A DNA stretch of 61,373 nucleotides from Candidatus Nomurabacteria bacterium (GTDB taxonomy: Bacteria; Patescibacteriota; Minisyncoccia; Phycocordibacterales; UBA5272). The notes under the pieces are model-generated. The model did no database searches. It was not told where the DNA came from and was given only the letters and a program-made list of their open reading frames with translations. This document shows, one piece after another, positions 29,964 through 39,197 of the stretch. Both the position numbers and the translations under genes were made by a program. Each line of letters starts with the position of its first letter. Within the stretch, counting starts at the first letter, position 1. The DNA is taken from NCBI GenBank assembly GCA_943354975.1, contig CALRDS010000001.1, positions 1 to 61,373 of the forward strand. The letters are read 5' to 3'.

Positions 29964-30682
29964 CTTTGTGGACTTCCTATTATATTTATATCTCCCCCTG
30001 ATTCGTTCTGCTCAGCATTAATATTTCCTGCGCGGAGTAGTTCAAGTAATGCTATGAAGTTAACAATCAGGAGTTTCTTTCTTTCTTCAATTGTTTTCGC
30101 ACCGTTTGCCAGACTTTGAAGTGTAACAGCTTGCATAGTTCGTACACGGTTAAGCATTGCCTCTATAACATTCTCTATTCTTAGGGCTTGTTCCACAGCT
30201 ACCTTAACAAGCTGTTTCGGGGTTACAAATGAAGCAAGAGTAAGTAACGCGATAGACTGTAAAAGAGATTGAGTTATTTTGCTATCTGGTACAAACACTG
30301 GGTCTCCCTTATATGGAGTCCTTCCCCTTTCATATATTGGAGTTTTCATATAAACAGATCTTAATTTTCCACAGGCCCCCATAAGTATCGCGTATAACTC
30401 AAGCTTCCTTTCTAAATCATGGACCTGTTTTTCTTCCTCTTCTGTATAAATCACACCAGGGAGAAGTGATTTCGCTTTTATGAGCATCAAGGTAGAAGCG
30501 ACCACAATAAATTGTGAAATATCTACCAGATTTTTTTTGTCCAGTGTCTTTATATAAGCAATGTAGTCATCAGCGACAGAAACAAGAGAAATCTCTGTAA
30601 TAGAGAGTTTCTTTTGGTCAATAAGCTCAAGAAGTTTTGTATAAGGTCCTTCGAACCTGTCTAATTTAACGGTGAATTCCAT
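29960..30682 (-). CDS. scpA: Kleisin ScpA
   Basis: FEGP...LL.LI, F...ASTL..IKAK.LLP, F.ALLEL. Confidence 0.93.
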   Translation of the reverse strand: MEFTVKLDRFEGPYTKLLELIDQKKLSITEISLVSVADDYIAYIKTLDKKNLVDISQFIVVASTLMLIKAKSLLPGVIYTEEEEKQVHDLERKLELYAILMGACGKLRSVYMKTPIYERGRTPYKGDPVFVPDSKITQSLLQSIALLTLASFVTPKQLVKVAVEQALRIENVIEAMLNRVRTMQAVTLQSLANGAKTIEERKKLLIVNFIALLELLRAGNINAEQNESGGDINIIGSPQS

Positions 30683-30758
30683 ATTAAATAGTTTACAGTT
30701 TATAGTTGTTAGTTACTAGTTAATACAAAAAATTAATTAATTAATATTATTAAAGTAC

Positions 30759-30787
30759 TTGACAAAATATCATTTCTAGTGTATAAT
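30759..30787 (+). promoter_or_regulatory. Perfect sigma70 promoter TTGACA-17-TATAAT
   Basis: Exact consensus. Confidence 0.85.
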
Positions 30788-30826
30788 TATATATGTTCTA
30801 CCTTATTAACATTTTTTGGAGGCTAT

Positions 30827-31069
30827 ACGCCGTTTTACCGAATTACCGTTGATATTGTCAACAACAAGGCTTTCCGGCAGGTGTTTGCGGAAATGCTGAA
30901 GTTGGCAAAAGAATACGAATGTTCCGTAATCGGAACATTCGCCGGAAAGGAAATCGAAGTATGCCATAACGACACCCTCGAAGGGGCCGCCAAAGCATAC
31001 AAAATTCCCGCCAACGCAAGTCAGGGCGGAAGGAACACGATGACCTTCTCGGTAAGGGTTGCTGGATAG
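30827..31069 (+). CDS. Orphan cassette protein (~80 aa); SD-aligned codon is ACG, start uncertain
   Basis: GGAGG at 30818-30822 then in-frame ACG; GC-richer ORF; terminator follows. Confidence 0.55.
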   Translation, partial: TPFYRITVDIVNNKAFRQVFAEMLKLAKEYECSVIGTFAGKEIEVCHNDTLEGAAKAYKIPANASQGGRNTMTFSVRVAG

Positions 31070-31091
31070 AGATATCTAGGCAATCCCTCAA

Positions 31092-31122
31092 GGCGCGCGT
31101 AAAGTCTACGCGCGTTTTTTTT
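31092..31122 (+). terminator. Intrinsic terminator
   Basis: gcgcgcgta-aagtc-tacgcgcgt plus T-run. Confidence 0.85.
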
Positions 31123-32266
31123 ATTTTAAGATTTCCCAAAGTCTTGGGTCATTGCCTCCATCTACTTTAAATACTGCAACGCCTCCTAATTTATAAAGCT
31201 TTGCAAGGCGTATTTTATCTGCTATAGCAGTTGCATCTGAGTACCATACTAAGTATTGTTTATAACTTCCAAGTGAATTCCCATTAAGATCAGTGCTTGT
31301 GGAATATACATAGCTGAGCTCCCCTGCTACATTTCTATTTGGGACAATGTTCAGACTTTTTGCCAATTCATCTGCATAATTAAAATTCATAGAACCGATA
31401 CGCAAATATTTTGTACTACTGGTGCCTACAGCAGGAACGATTTCGTACTTATTACCGTATGTTGGTACTCCAATTATAATTTTTTTCGCTGGAATATCTT
31501 CAAGTGCAAGTGTTATAACTTTTTTAACCCAATCAATATCAGCAACTGGTCTATATAAATTACCTGAATTTTTATTTTGAAATGTTAGTAGTGCGTCATC
31601 TTCTGCTTGGTCATATGCCATGATTCTAACTTGGTCACACACTCGACCAATTATTTTATAATCATTCGAATATTCTACTCGTGCAAAAATACTTTTAGAT
31701 GTGGTGGCATATTTACTCTCAGGTGGAATTCTAGCTTCTACTGTGCAAATAAGTTGTTTGCCTTGTTTGTGTAAAGCTGAAGCTAAGTCAGTTAAAAATA
31801 GCGAGAAGTGTGGTTTTATCTCTGCAACTTTATTTTCATAATCAATATCAATTCCATCAAATCTATATTTTTTAACTAAATCTACTATATCTTTTATGTT
31901 CGCATCACGTTTCTTTTTCTGAGAAAGGAGAATGTACATCGCGTCTTTTTCTTTTTGAGTTTGTGGGTATGACAGAATACTAGGATATATTTTTATTGCG
32001 TTCGGTTTTTTATGCTTTCTCGCCTCAGATATTAAGGTAGCCCATGGTTCTTCTTCTATTTTAAGTGCATTTTTTATAGAACCATCGTACTGAAGCTCAA
32101 AAGCAAATGGACTGATTTGTGTTACAGATTTCAGATTAGCCAGTGTAGTACTCGCACCAGCGGTCTTTTGCCAATATGGAATCCAAATAGCCCGCTCAAA
32201 AGTGGCTGCAGAGACTGTATTTGTAAAACCTATTGAAATTATAAAGAACAGCAGAATCTTCTTCAT
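31121..32266 (-). CDS. Secreted glycoside hydrolase family 18
   Basis: Signal peptide; FDGIDIDYE (DxDxE), IMAYD, GVPTYG. Confidence 0.93.
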   Translation of the reverse strand: MKKILLFFIISIGFTNTVSAATFERAIWIPYWQKTAGASTTLANLKSVTQISPFAFELQYDGSIKNALKIEEEPWATLISEARKHKKPNAIKIYPSILSYPQTQKEKDAMYILLSQKKKRDANIKDIVDLVKKYRFDGIDIDYENKVAEIKPHFSLFLTDLASALHKQGKQLICTVEARIPPESKYATTSKSIFARVEYSNDYKIIGRVCDQVRIMAYDQAEDDALLTFQNKNSGNLYRPVADIDWVKKVITLALEDIPAKKIIIGVPTYGNKYEIVPAVGTSSTKYLRIGSMNFNYADELAKSLNIVPNRNVAGELSYVYSTSTDLNGNSLGSYKQYLVWYSDATAIADKIRLAKLYKLGGVAVFKVDGGNDPRLWEILK

Positions 32267-32272
32267 TAGGTT

Positions 32273-33685
32273 TTATTTTTTAATTTCTATTTTTAGTTCT
32301 TTAAGTGCTTTTGAAGTGGCTGGTAATGGTGCTTGCATTAATAAATCCCTCCCTTCTCCTGTCTTTGGGAATGCTATCACTTCACGAATGTTTGGTTCGC
32401 CAAGTAAAATCATAAGAAGTCTATCTAATCCCCAAGCAATACCCCCGTGTGGAGGAGTCCCAGACGCTAGGGCTTTTAACATATGGCCAAAATTTTTCTC
32501 TATTCTTTCATCGGAGTACCCCATTATTTCAAATATAATACGCAGTGCTTTGGCATCATGCTCACGTATAGAACCTCCTCCGATTTCATAACCATTACAT
32601 GCGACATCATACTGGGAAGTTAAAATTTCTGCTATGTTTTTCTTTTCAAGAAGTTGCTCGCGATGTTTATCATCTGCGCGAGAAAATGGATTGTGCGTAA
32701 ATGTCCACTCCCCTTCTGCTTCTGCATCATCTGATCCAGCTGTTTTTTTGAAAAATGGAAAATTAATCACCCAACAAAAAGCTAAAACGTTATCATCACT
32801 TTTATCTTCACGCAAATCTGGCTTATCAGTACCATACTTTTCCATTACTTCTTTATATGTAAATATTGGAAATGGCACTTGCATAATTTTCTTTTCGGGA
32901 AATAGTTCTTTTACTATTTTGATTAGCAAATCTTCATTGACTTTCATCACATCTTCTCGTGTAACAAAACTCATTTCTATATCTAGCTGTGTAAATTCTG
33001 GCTGCCTATCACCACGAGTATCTTCATCTCGCATACATTTCGCGATTTGGAAATATCTTTCAAGTCCTCCAACCATGAGAAGTTGTTTATATTGTTGTGG
33101 GGATTGAGGAAGCGCATAAAAACTCCCCGGATGAACTCTTGATGGAACAAGGTAACTACGCGCACCTTCTGGTGTCGGATTTGTTAATAGTGGAGTTTCT
33201 ACTTCGACAAAATGTTTTTTATCTAAATAATCTCTGATGAACTTTATAACTTTGTGACGAGTTCTAATATTTCTTTGCATTCTGGGGCGACGCTGATCTA
33301 GATATTTGTATTCCAGACGAACTTCTTCCCCGACTTCATAACCATCAGTTGAAATATCAAATGCTGGAGTAGTGGCTTCGTTTAGAACTTCTATACCAAG
33401 TACCTCTAGTTCCACATCACCATTTGACACATCTTTATTTATATTCTTTTCTGGGCGCTTATTAACCTTTGCTGTGACTGCTACGACCCATTCTGGACGC
33501 AATTTTTGGGCCACATCGAGTGCTTCTGTATGATTTGGCAATACTACCGCTTGTACCTTTCCTGTGACATCCCTAAGGTCAAGAAAGACCATTTTCCCTT
33601 GATCACGACGAACGTCTATCCAACCCTTTACAAGCACATCAGTGCCAACAGAAGCTGAAATATCTTTAATAAGAGTCCTTTGCAT
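32273..33685 (-). CDS. aspS: Aspartate--tRNA ligase, short form without the bacterial GAD insertion
   Basis: OB fold, TPEGAR, LPQSPQ.YKQ, RDED.R.DRQPEFTQLD, PPHGGIAWGLDR. Confidence 0.96.
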   Translation of the reverse strand: MQRTLIKDISASVGTDVLVKGWIDVRRDQGKMVFLDLRDVTGKVQAVVLPNHTEALDVAQKLRPEWVVAVTAKVNKRPEKNINKDVSNGDVELEVLGIEVLNEATTPAFDISTDGYEVGEEVRLEYKYLDQRRPRMQRNIRTRHKVIKFIRDYLDKKHFVEVETPLLTNPTPEGARSYLVPSRVHPGSFYALPQSPQQYKQLLMVGGLERYFQIAKCMRDEDTRGDRQPEFTQLDIEMSFVTREDVMKVNEDLLIKIVKELFPEKKIMQVPFPIFTYKEVMEKYGTDKPDLREDKSDDNVLAFCWVINFPFFKKTAGSDDAEAEGEWTFTHNPFSRADDKHREQLLEKKNIAEILTSQYDVACNGYEIGGGSIREHDAKALRIIFEIMGYSDERIEKNFGHMLKALASGTPPHGGIAWGLDRLLMILLGEPNIREVIAFPKTGEGRDLLMQAPLPATSKALKELKIEIKK

Positions 33686-33760
33686 AGCTTTTTGATTATA
33701 GCAAAAATTGACTAATGTAGAAATATAAACAGGTTTTTGGAGAAGTATTTAAATCTTAAT

Positions 33761-33788
33761 TTGACTTTTTTATTAATTGTGCTACAAT
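33761..33788 (+). promoter_or_regulatory. sigma70 promoter TTGACT-16-TACAAT
   Basis: Near consensus, with TG extension. Confidence 0.7.
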
Positions 33789-33817
33789 TAATATGTTATC
33801 AATTAAGGAGAATGACC

Positions 33818-34222
33818 TTGAAAAGCATATTGATAGTGGACGGGAACCGCGTTGTCGCGGGTTTGATGAAAGAAAGCCTGCTGACACATCTGGGTGAAAT
33901 TGAGGGCGGCGTAGACGCAATAATCATCAGGTCCTACTTCCTTGCAATTTCCGCAATAAGTGCGTACCAACCCGACCTGATTTCAACTGGAATGGTTTTT
34001 CCCGAAAAAGGCGGAACACCTCCGAGATCAGATATGGGGGAGCAGTTGATCCGAGATGCCCGCAAGATCTGCCCTGGTACCCCTGTAATCCTTTTCACCG
34101 GGGATACGCCACGAAACTTCAACCATACGGGATTACCGTCGGATCGAATCATTCATAAGGGAAATCCCGAGACCTACATAGCGTGGGTAACGAAGGTAAG
34201 GGAATTACTAACGGCCAAATGA
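33818..34222 (+). CDS. Stand-alone atypical receiver (CheY-like) domain, cassette-borne
   Basis: ILIVDG, PDLISTG, PVILFTG, IHKG; AAGGAG 7 nt before TTG 33818. Confidence 0.8.
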   Translation: MKSILIVDGNRVVAGLMKESLLTHLGEIEGGVDAIIIRSYFLAISAISAYQPDLISTGMVFPEKGGTPPRSDMGEQLIRDARKICPGTPVILFTGDTPRNFNHTGLPSDRIIHKGNPETYIAWVTKVRELLTAK

Positions 34223-34245
34223 AGATACACCCGGCAAAGATAGAC

Positions 34246-34272
34246 GGGCGCGTCCTCTGCGACGCGCTTTTT
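34246..34272 (+). terminator. Intrinsic terminator
   Basis: gcgcgtc-ctctgc-gacgcgc plus T-run. Confidence 0.85.
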
Positions 34273-35252
34273 TATTTTTCTAATCCTACTTGTACTCTCA
34301 CTTGCTTCATCGTCTCTTGTGCTTTTGCACGCGCGCTCTTTCCTCCTTTTTCTAAAATTTCATACACCTCATCTTCATGAGATTGATAATATTCATATTT
34401 CTCACGATACGGTTTCATAAATTCACAAATTTTCTCTGCTAACATTTCTTTTGCTTCTTTATACGAAAGCCCACCATCTTCATACTTAGCGCGCAGAGCC
34501 TCATCTTCTTTTTTGTTTAAAAATAGTTTATGAATTTTATAAATATTGTTTTCATCTGGATTCTTTTTGTCTTCTGGTAATGCAGAATCAGTAACTATTT
34601 TCATTACACATTTTTTAATTTCTTCATCTGTTGTAAAAAGCGGAATAACATTTCCTTTACTCTTACTCATTTTTTCTCCATCAGTTCCTGGCACAATAGC
34701 AACATCTTTTATAATATAGTCCTTTGGAATAGTAAGTAATTCTCCCCACGTGCGATTAAATTTCTCTGCAATATCTCTCGCATATTCAACATGCTGTTTC
34801 TGGTCTGAACCAACTGGCACAATGTCTGCCCCATAAATCAGAATGTCGGAGGCCATCAGTACTGGGTAATCAAACAGTCCAACATTTACTTCTTTGTTTT
34901 TTACCTCGTGGTCTTTATATGCATGTGCGCGCATAAGAAATGGCATAGTAACAACATTATTTAGAATCCAACAAAGCTCTGTATGTTCTGGCACATCAGA
35001 TTGTTTAAAGAGTGTTGCTTTCTTAGGATTAAGACCCAGCGCTAAATATGTACACGCCACATCAAAAGTATTTTTTACTAGCTCATCTTTATTCTTTACA
35101 GTAGTAAGAGCGTGATAATCAGCAATAAATACATAACTTTCATGGTCATCACTATTACCAAGTTCAATATTTTGTCTTATTGCTCCAAAATAGTTTCCAA
35201 TATGTAGTGTTCCTGTTGCTTGCACACCAGAAACTAAGATCTTTTTTGACAT
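34272..35252 (-). CDS. trpS: Tryptophan--tRNA ligase
   Basis: SG.QATG.LHIGNY, YPVLMA.DIL, VG.DQ, KMSKS. Confidence 0.98.
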   Translation of the reverse strand: MSKKILVSGVQATGTLHIGNYFGAIRQNIELGNSDDHESYVFIADYHALTTVKNKDELVKNTFDVACTYLALGLNPKKATLFKQSDVPEHTELCWILNNVVTMPFLMRAHAYKDHEVKNKEVNVGLFDYPVLMASDILIYGADIVPVGSDQKQHVEYARDIAEKFNRTWGELLTIPKDYIIKDVAIVPGTDGEKMSKSKGNVIPLFTTDEEIKKCVMKIVTDSALPEDKKNPDENNIYKIHKLFLNKKEDEALRAKYEDGGLSYKEAKEMLAEKICEFMKPYREKYEYYQSHEDEVYEILEKGGKSARAKAQETMKQVRVQVGLEK

Positions 35253-35256
35253 TTGA

Positions 35257-36669
35257 CTAGTGTATCATTTTCTCCTCTCTTTTTATAAATCGTCCTAAAA
35301 TTGTACCCAGCACCATACCAATTGCAGAAGCGACAAATCCCATAAATGTCCCTGGAATATCAGAAGTCACAAAATATTCCCAGTATTGCCAAACACTTAT
35401 TCCAGCAATAATCGAAACAAGTGCACCAAAAGAATTTGCCTTCTTACTATAAAGCCCGACTGCAAGTGGAATAAAGCCCGCAACTAAAGTAACAGAATAA
35501 GCACTTGATACAAGTTCATAAATACGAGCATTATCCTTAAGTGCAAGAATAACACCTCCGAATGCTATAAATATAACCGCAATACGAATAATATGAAGAC
35601 GGAACCTATCCGAAATATCACTAAAGAACAGCTTGATAACATTTTCTGCAAGAAGTGTTCCTGGTGCCAAAAGCGCACCTGAAGCGGTTGAAATAATTGC
35701 TGAAACAAGTGCGCCGAAAAATAGAACCTGAATCAGAAGTGGTGTATGATCTCCAACAAGTGTGAGTATAAGGTTTTGCGGATCGCTTGCGAGAACATTT
35801 GGATACAGAATACGAGCAACTCCTGCGATTAGAAGTGGTATAAGTACAATAGAAAAATAAAGTAGTCCCCCAATAACAGATGCCCACACTGAAATAGTTG
35901 CAGATTTTGCAGACATGGCACGCTGATATATATCTTGTTGAGGAATCGAACCTAGACCAATTGTCATAAGTGCAGTAACAAATATAATCCATTCAGTAAG
36001 TGACTGCTTAGATTCTGGAACCACCCTCCAAAAATCAGGAGGAGTCTGTGCGATAAGTGCATCCATACCCCCTATCTTGGAAAGTGCATACGCGAAAATT
36101 GCACCTAGCCCTACAATAATCACAACGGACTGTATCGTGTCAAGAAGTGCCACAGAATACATCCCACCAAAAAATGTGTAGAACGTCACAAGCGCAGCAG
36201 CAAAAAGAATCGCCCACTGAAGAGAAAGTGTGGGTATAACTGTAGAGATGACTAACCCTAATGCAAGAAACTGAGCCGCAACCCAACCAAAATAACTGAT
36301 GATTATTGCAACTGAAAGAAACACTGCAATTATTGTGTTGTATCTGTTCTTGAAATAGTCTCCAATTGTTAGAAAACTTAGATTGTAAAGTTTCCTATTA
36401 AAGAAAATCCCGGCAATAATGAGACATAGTGCAGCGCCGAATGGGTCTTCGATAACATTTCCAAAACCTCCTTCGGCAAATTTTGTAGATGCACCTAAAA
36501 TAGATTCAGATCCAAACCAAGTCGCAAATACAGTTGCAAGAGCCATATAAAATGGAAGAGACCTCCCGGCTAAAACATAATCCTCTGAAGTTTTTACCTT
36601 ACGGGCAGCATATACACCAATTGCAATCATTACAACCGTATAGGCCAAAATAAAGATTGGAAGAAGCAT
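35257..36669 (-). CDS. Sodium:solute symporter family transporter
   Basis: ~13 TM; DY.LAGR.L, ATWFGS, GG...V...D..Q, QD.YQR. Confidence 0.93.
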   Translation of the reverse strand: MLLPIFILAYTVVMIAIGVYAARKVKTSEDYVLAGRSLPFYMALATVFATWFGSESILGASTKFAEGGFGNVIEDPFGAALCLIIAGIFFNRKLYNLSFLTIGDYFKNRYNTIIAVFLSVAIIISYFGWVAAQFLALGLVISTVIPTLSLQWAILFAAALVTFYTFFGGMYSVALLDTIQSVVIIVGLGAIFAYALSKIGGMDALIAQTPPDFWRVVPESKQSLTEWIIFVTALMTIGLGSIPQQDIYQRAMSAKSATISVWASVIGGLLYFSIVLIPLLIAGVARILYPNVLASDPQNLILTLVGDHTPLLIQVLFFGALVSAIISTASGALLAPGTLLAENVIKLFFSDISDRFRLHIIRIAVIFIAFGGVILALKDNARIYELVSSAYSVTLVAGFIPLAVGLYSKKANSFGALVSIIAGISVWQYWEYFVTSDIPGTFMGFVASAIGMVLGTILGRFIKREEKMIH

Positions 36670-36769
36670 AGTGAAAATAGCTTATAGCTAATAGCTTATA
36701 GTTTATATTAAAAGGTAAAAAAAGAAACCCGCTTACCGCAGTAAAAAATTTTTTGCGATAAACGGATAT

Positions 36770-37141
36770 TTATACAGGAACCGGATGAAGGCCTTCGACG
36801 TCCGAAACGTAAACCTTGTGCACGTCGTTGAAATACAGAACGTTTGATCTGAAGCGAACTCGTGGCCCTTTATTTGGGGTTTCCTCGATTTCAAACGGAA
36901 TGATCAGGTTGGGAAATAATACCAAGATGCACGGCACATTGGAGATAACCTCCCAATCCCCTGGGGGAATCCCATGCTCACCAAGTTTGCGCTTGATCGA
37001 CCACCTGACTTTGATGACCACAAAATCACTATCGTCTACGGAAAGGCTTTCGATTGGTCCATAGATAGCTTCCTCTAAATTATTGAGCTCGATGTAACCT
37101 TTAGGTTTCCTTTCTGCGACCAAATTCCAATCGTGTTCCAT
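36770..37141 (-). CDS. Orphan cassette protein (123 aa)
   Basis: AGGGGG SD; promoter TTGACA-17-TAGTGT at 37205-37233; hairpin plus U-tract at ~36717-36766. Confidence 0.75.
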   Translation of the reverse strand: MEHDWNLVAERKPKGYIELNNLEEAIYGPIESLSVDDSDFVVIKVRWSIKRKLGEHGIPPGDWEVISNVPCILVLFPNLIIPFEIEETPNKGPRVRFRSNVLYFNDVHKVYVSDVEGLHPVPV

Positions 37142-37247
37142 TTGTTATTCCCCCTAAAGATCTCCACTTGCTACAGGTGTGAAAAAAACCTGGGTACAAA
37201 GTAAACACTACAATATTAAAATATTTGTGTCAAACTAGATTCTTAGT

Positions 37248-38333
37248 CTATAAACCTTCTTCTTGTAGTCCTGATATAAACTCCATGGCCTTCTTGGAAA
37301 GTTTCTTTGGCATATGAATATCTAACTTTACAAGTACATCACCTCTTTTGTGTTTATCATGAATGTGTGGAACACCACGTCCACGCACACGTAGTATTTC
37401 ACCGGTTGAAGCACCAGTTGGAATATCAATTTCAATTTTTCCATCAAGAGCATCAACTATATGCCTTGCGCCAAGTAAAGCATCAGTTAATTTAATTCCA
37501 TGAGTAATAGACAAATCATTTCCTTCTCGCTTCCATGTTTTATGTGCATGTACATTTATTTTTACATATAAATCTCCTGATGTTCCACCAGATACAGCCT
37601 CACCCATACCAGTCATGCGCATCATTTCTCCATTTGCAATTCCTGCTGGAACTTTTATACTAACTTCTTCACGACTGTTTACTACTCCATTACCTCTACA
37701 ATCATGACACTTTTCTTCGGGAACCTTTCCTATTCCGCGACATACATCACAAGTTCGAACAGTTTGAAAACTACCCATAAATGTTTTCTTTACATCATGA
37801 ACTTTTCCTTGACCATTACAAATAGTACAAATCTTTAATTTAGTACCAGCTTTTGCTCCAGTACCAGAACAAGTTTTACAAGTTGAAACTTTTGAAAGTA
37901 AAACATTTCTTTCTGTTCCAAAAATACTTTCAGTAAATGGTACATCTATCTCAAGAGAAATATCGCGTCCACGTTTTATGCCTCTACCACCAAATGGAGA
38001 TGCACCTCCAAATACGTCGCCAAAAATATCTCCTATGTCTCCAAAATCAAATTGCATGTTTGCAAAATCTGATTGATCAAATCCTCCAAAACCACCAAAA
38101 CCTCCTTGTGGACCTTGACCATTAAATGTTTGACCGTATGTATCATATTCCTTTCGTTTCTTTTCATCAGAAAGGACTTGATAAGCCTCATTTACTTCTT
38201 TGAACTTTGATTCATCTCCTCCTTTTTTATCTGGATGATATTTCGACGCAAGATTGTAAAAGGCCTTTTTAATATCCTCCTTTGTGGCACTTTTATCTAT
38301 ACCAAGCATATTATAATAATCTTTTGTTGCCAT
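37248..38333 (-). CDS. dnaJ: Chaperone DnaJ
   Basis: J domain HPD, G/F region, 4x CxxCxGxG. Confidence 0.98.
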   Translation of the reverse strand: MATKDYYNMLGIDKSATKEDIKKAFYNLASKYHPDKKGGDESKFKEVNEAYQVLSDEKKRKEYDTYGQTFNGQGPQGGFGGFGGFDQSDFANMQFDFGDIGDIFGDVFGGASPFGGRGIKRGRDISLEIDVPFTESIFGTERNVLLSKVSTCKTCSGTGAKAGTKLKICTICNGQGKVHDVKKTFMGSFQTVRTCDVCRGIGKVPEEKCHDCRGNGVVNSREEVSIKVPAGIANGEMMRMTGMGEAVSGGTSGDLYVKINVHAHKTWKREGNDLSITHGIKLTDALLGARHIVDALDGKIEIDIPTGASTGEILRVRGRGVPHIHDKHKRGDVLVKLDIHMPKKLSKKAMEFISGLQEEGL

Positions 38334-38396
38334 ATATCTTTACATTACCACAATTATAAACAGATGTAAAAATTTCTTTGATTGATTTTCCTTAGT

Positions 38397-38425
38397 TTGA
38401 CAAACTTATTTATTAGTGATAGTAT
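38397..38425 (+). promoter_or_regulatory. sigma70 promoter TTGACA-17-TAGTAT
   Basis: Near consensus. Confidence 0.8.
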
Positions 38426-38456
38426 TTTTATAAACTAAAAATTTTAGGAGTACAGC

Positions 38457-39149
38457 ATGTCCTTTGAAGAAAAATATGTCTTTGAAATCACAACAGTAGA
38501 CAAACAGGGCACCTCAACCAGAGAAGACGGTTTTGCATTCGATACGGGCACAAAACGACTGACAATAGCCTCATACATACCTGACCCTTCATTGGTAGAA
38601 ATAGAGGCTGTCGAACTGGCTATAAAAAATAACTGGGTGATACGACCAAGAGATAAACCATTTTTTAGGAAAATAATTGGTATACCAGATGGATTTTCTT
38701 TTGCAATGCCAACAAGATGTATTCTTGCTCATTTTGATTATCCGTACAATAAACCGATTGTAACCGTCGGAAAGGCAGTAATTCTTACGGCATACAGCTT
38801 TGAAGAAGCCAAAATTCATGGTCGTTCTGATCTGCGACTTAAGGGATTAGGGCACTTTTTTTCGATTTTACGCTACCCTCAATTATCCCCACACGCTCAA
38901 GTGCACGAATTGATGTTATTACTCAATGGGACTTGTGATAAATTTTTAAGAAAATCTGGACTGCCTTTTCTGGGCAAAAATAAGTCCGGCAAAATTGTTG
39001 TGAGAGGTGGTCACTCAACAATAAGCCGCCCACTCCGAGATGTAGCATCATTAATAAACTGCTGGCAACTTTCAAACTATTTGGACACACCTGAGAAACG
39101 TGCTGTCTGGTTTTCACACCAAGATTTACAGAACTTTCTAAAAAAATGA
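38457..39149 (+). CDS. Orphan cassette protein (230 aa) inserted in opposite orientation between dnaK and dnaJ
   Basis: AGGAG SD 6 nt before ATG; own promoter; terminator at 39152-39180. Confidence 0.8.
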   Translation: MSFEEKYVFEITTVDKQGTSTREDGFAFDTGTKRLTIASYIPDPSLVEIEAVELAIKNNWVIRPRDKPFFRKIIGIPDGFSFAMPTRCILAHFDYPYNKPIVTVGKAVILTAYSFEEAKIHGRSDLRLKGLGHFFSILRYPQLSPHAQVHELMLLLNGTCDKFLRKSGLPFLGKNKSGKIVVRGGHSTISRPLRDVASLINCWQLSNYLDTPEKRAVWFSHQDLQNFLKK

Positions 39150-39197
39150 TCGGGCGTCGCGCAAGCGTCGCCTGTTTTTTATTTTCAATACTTTGTT

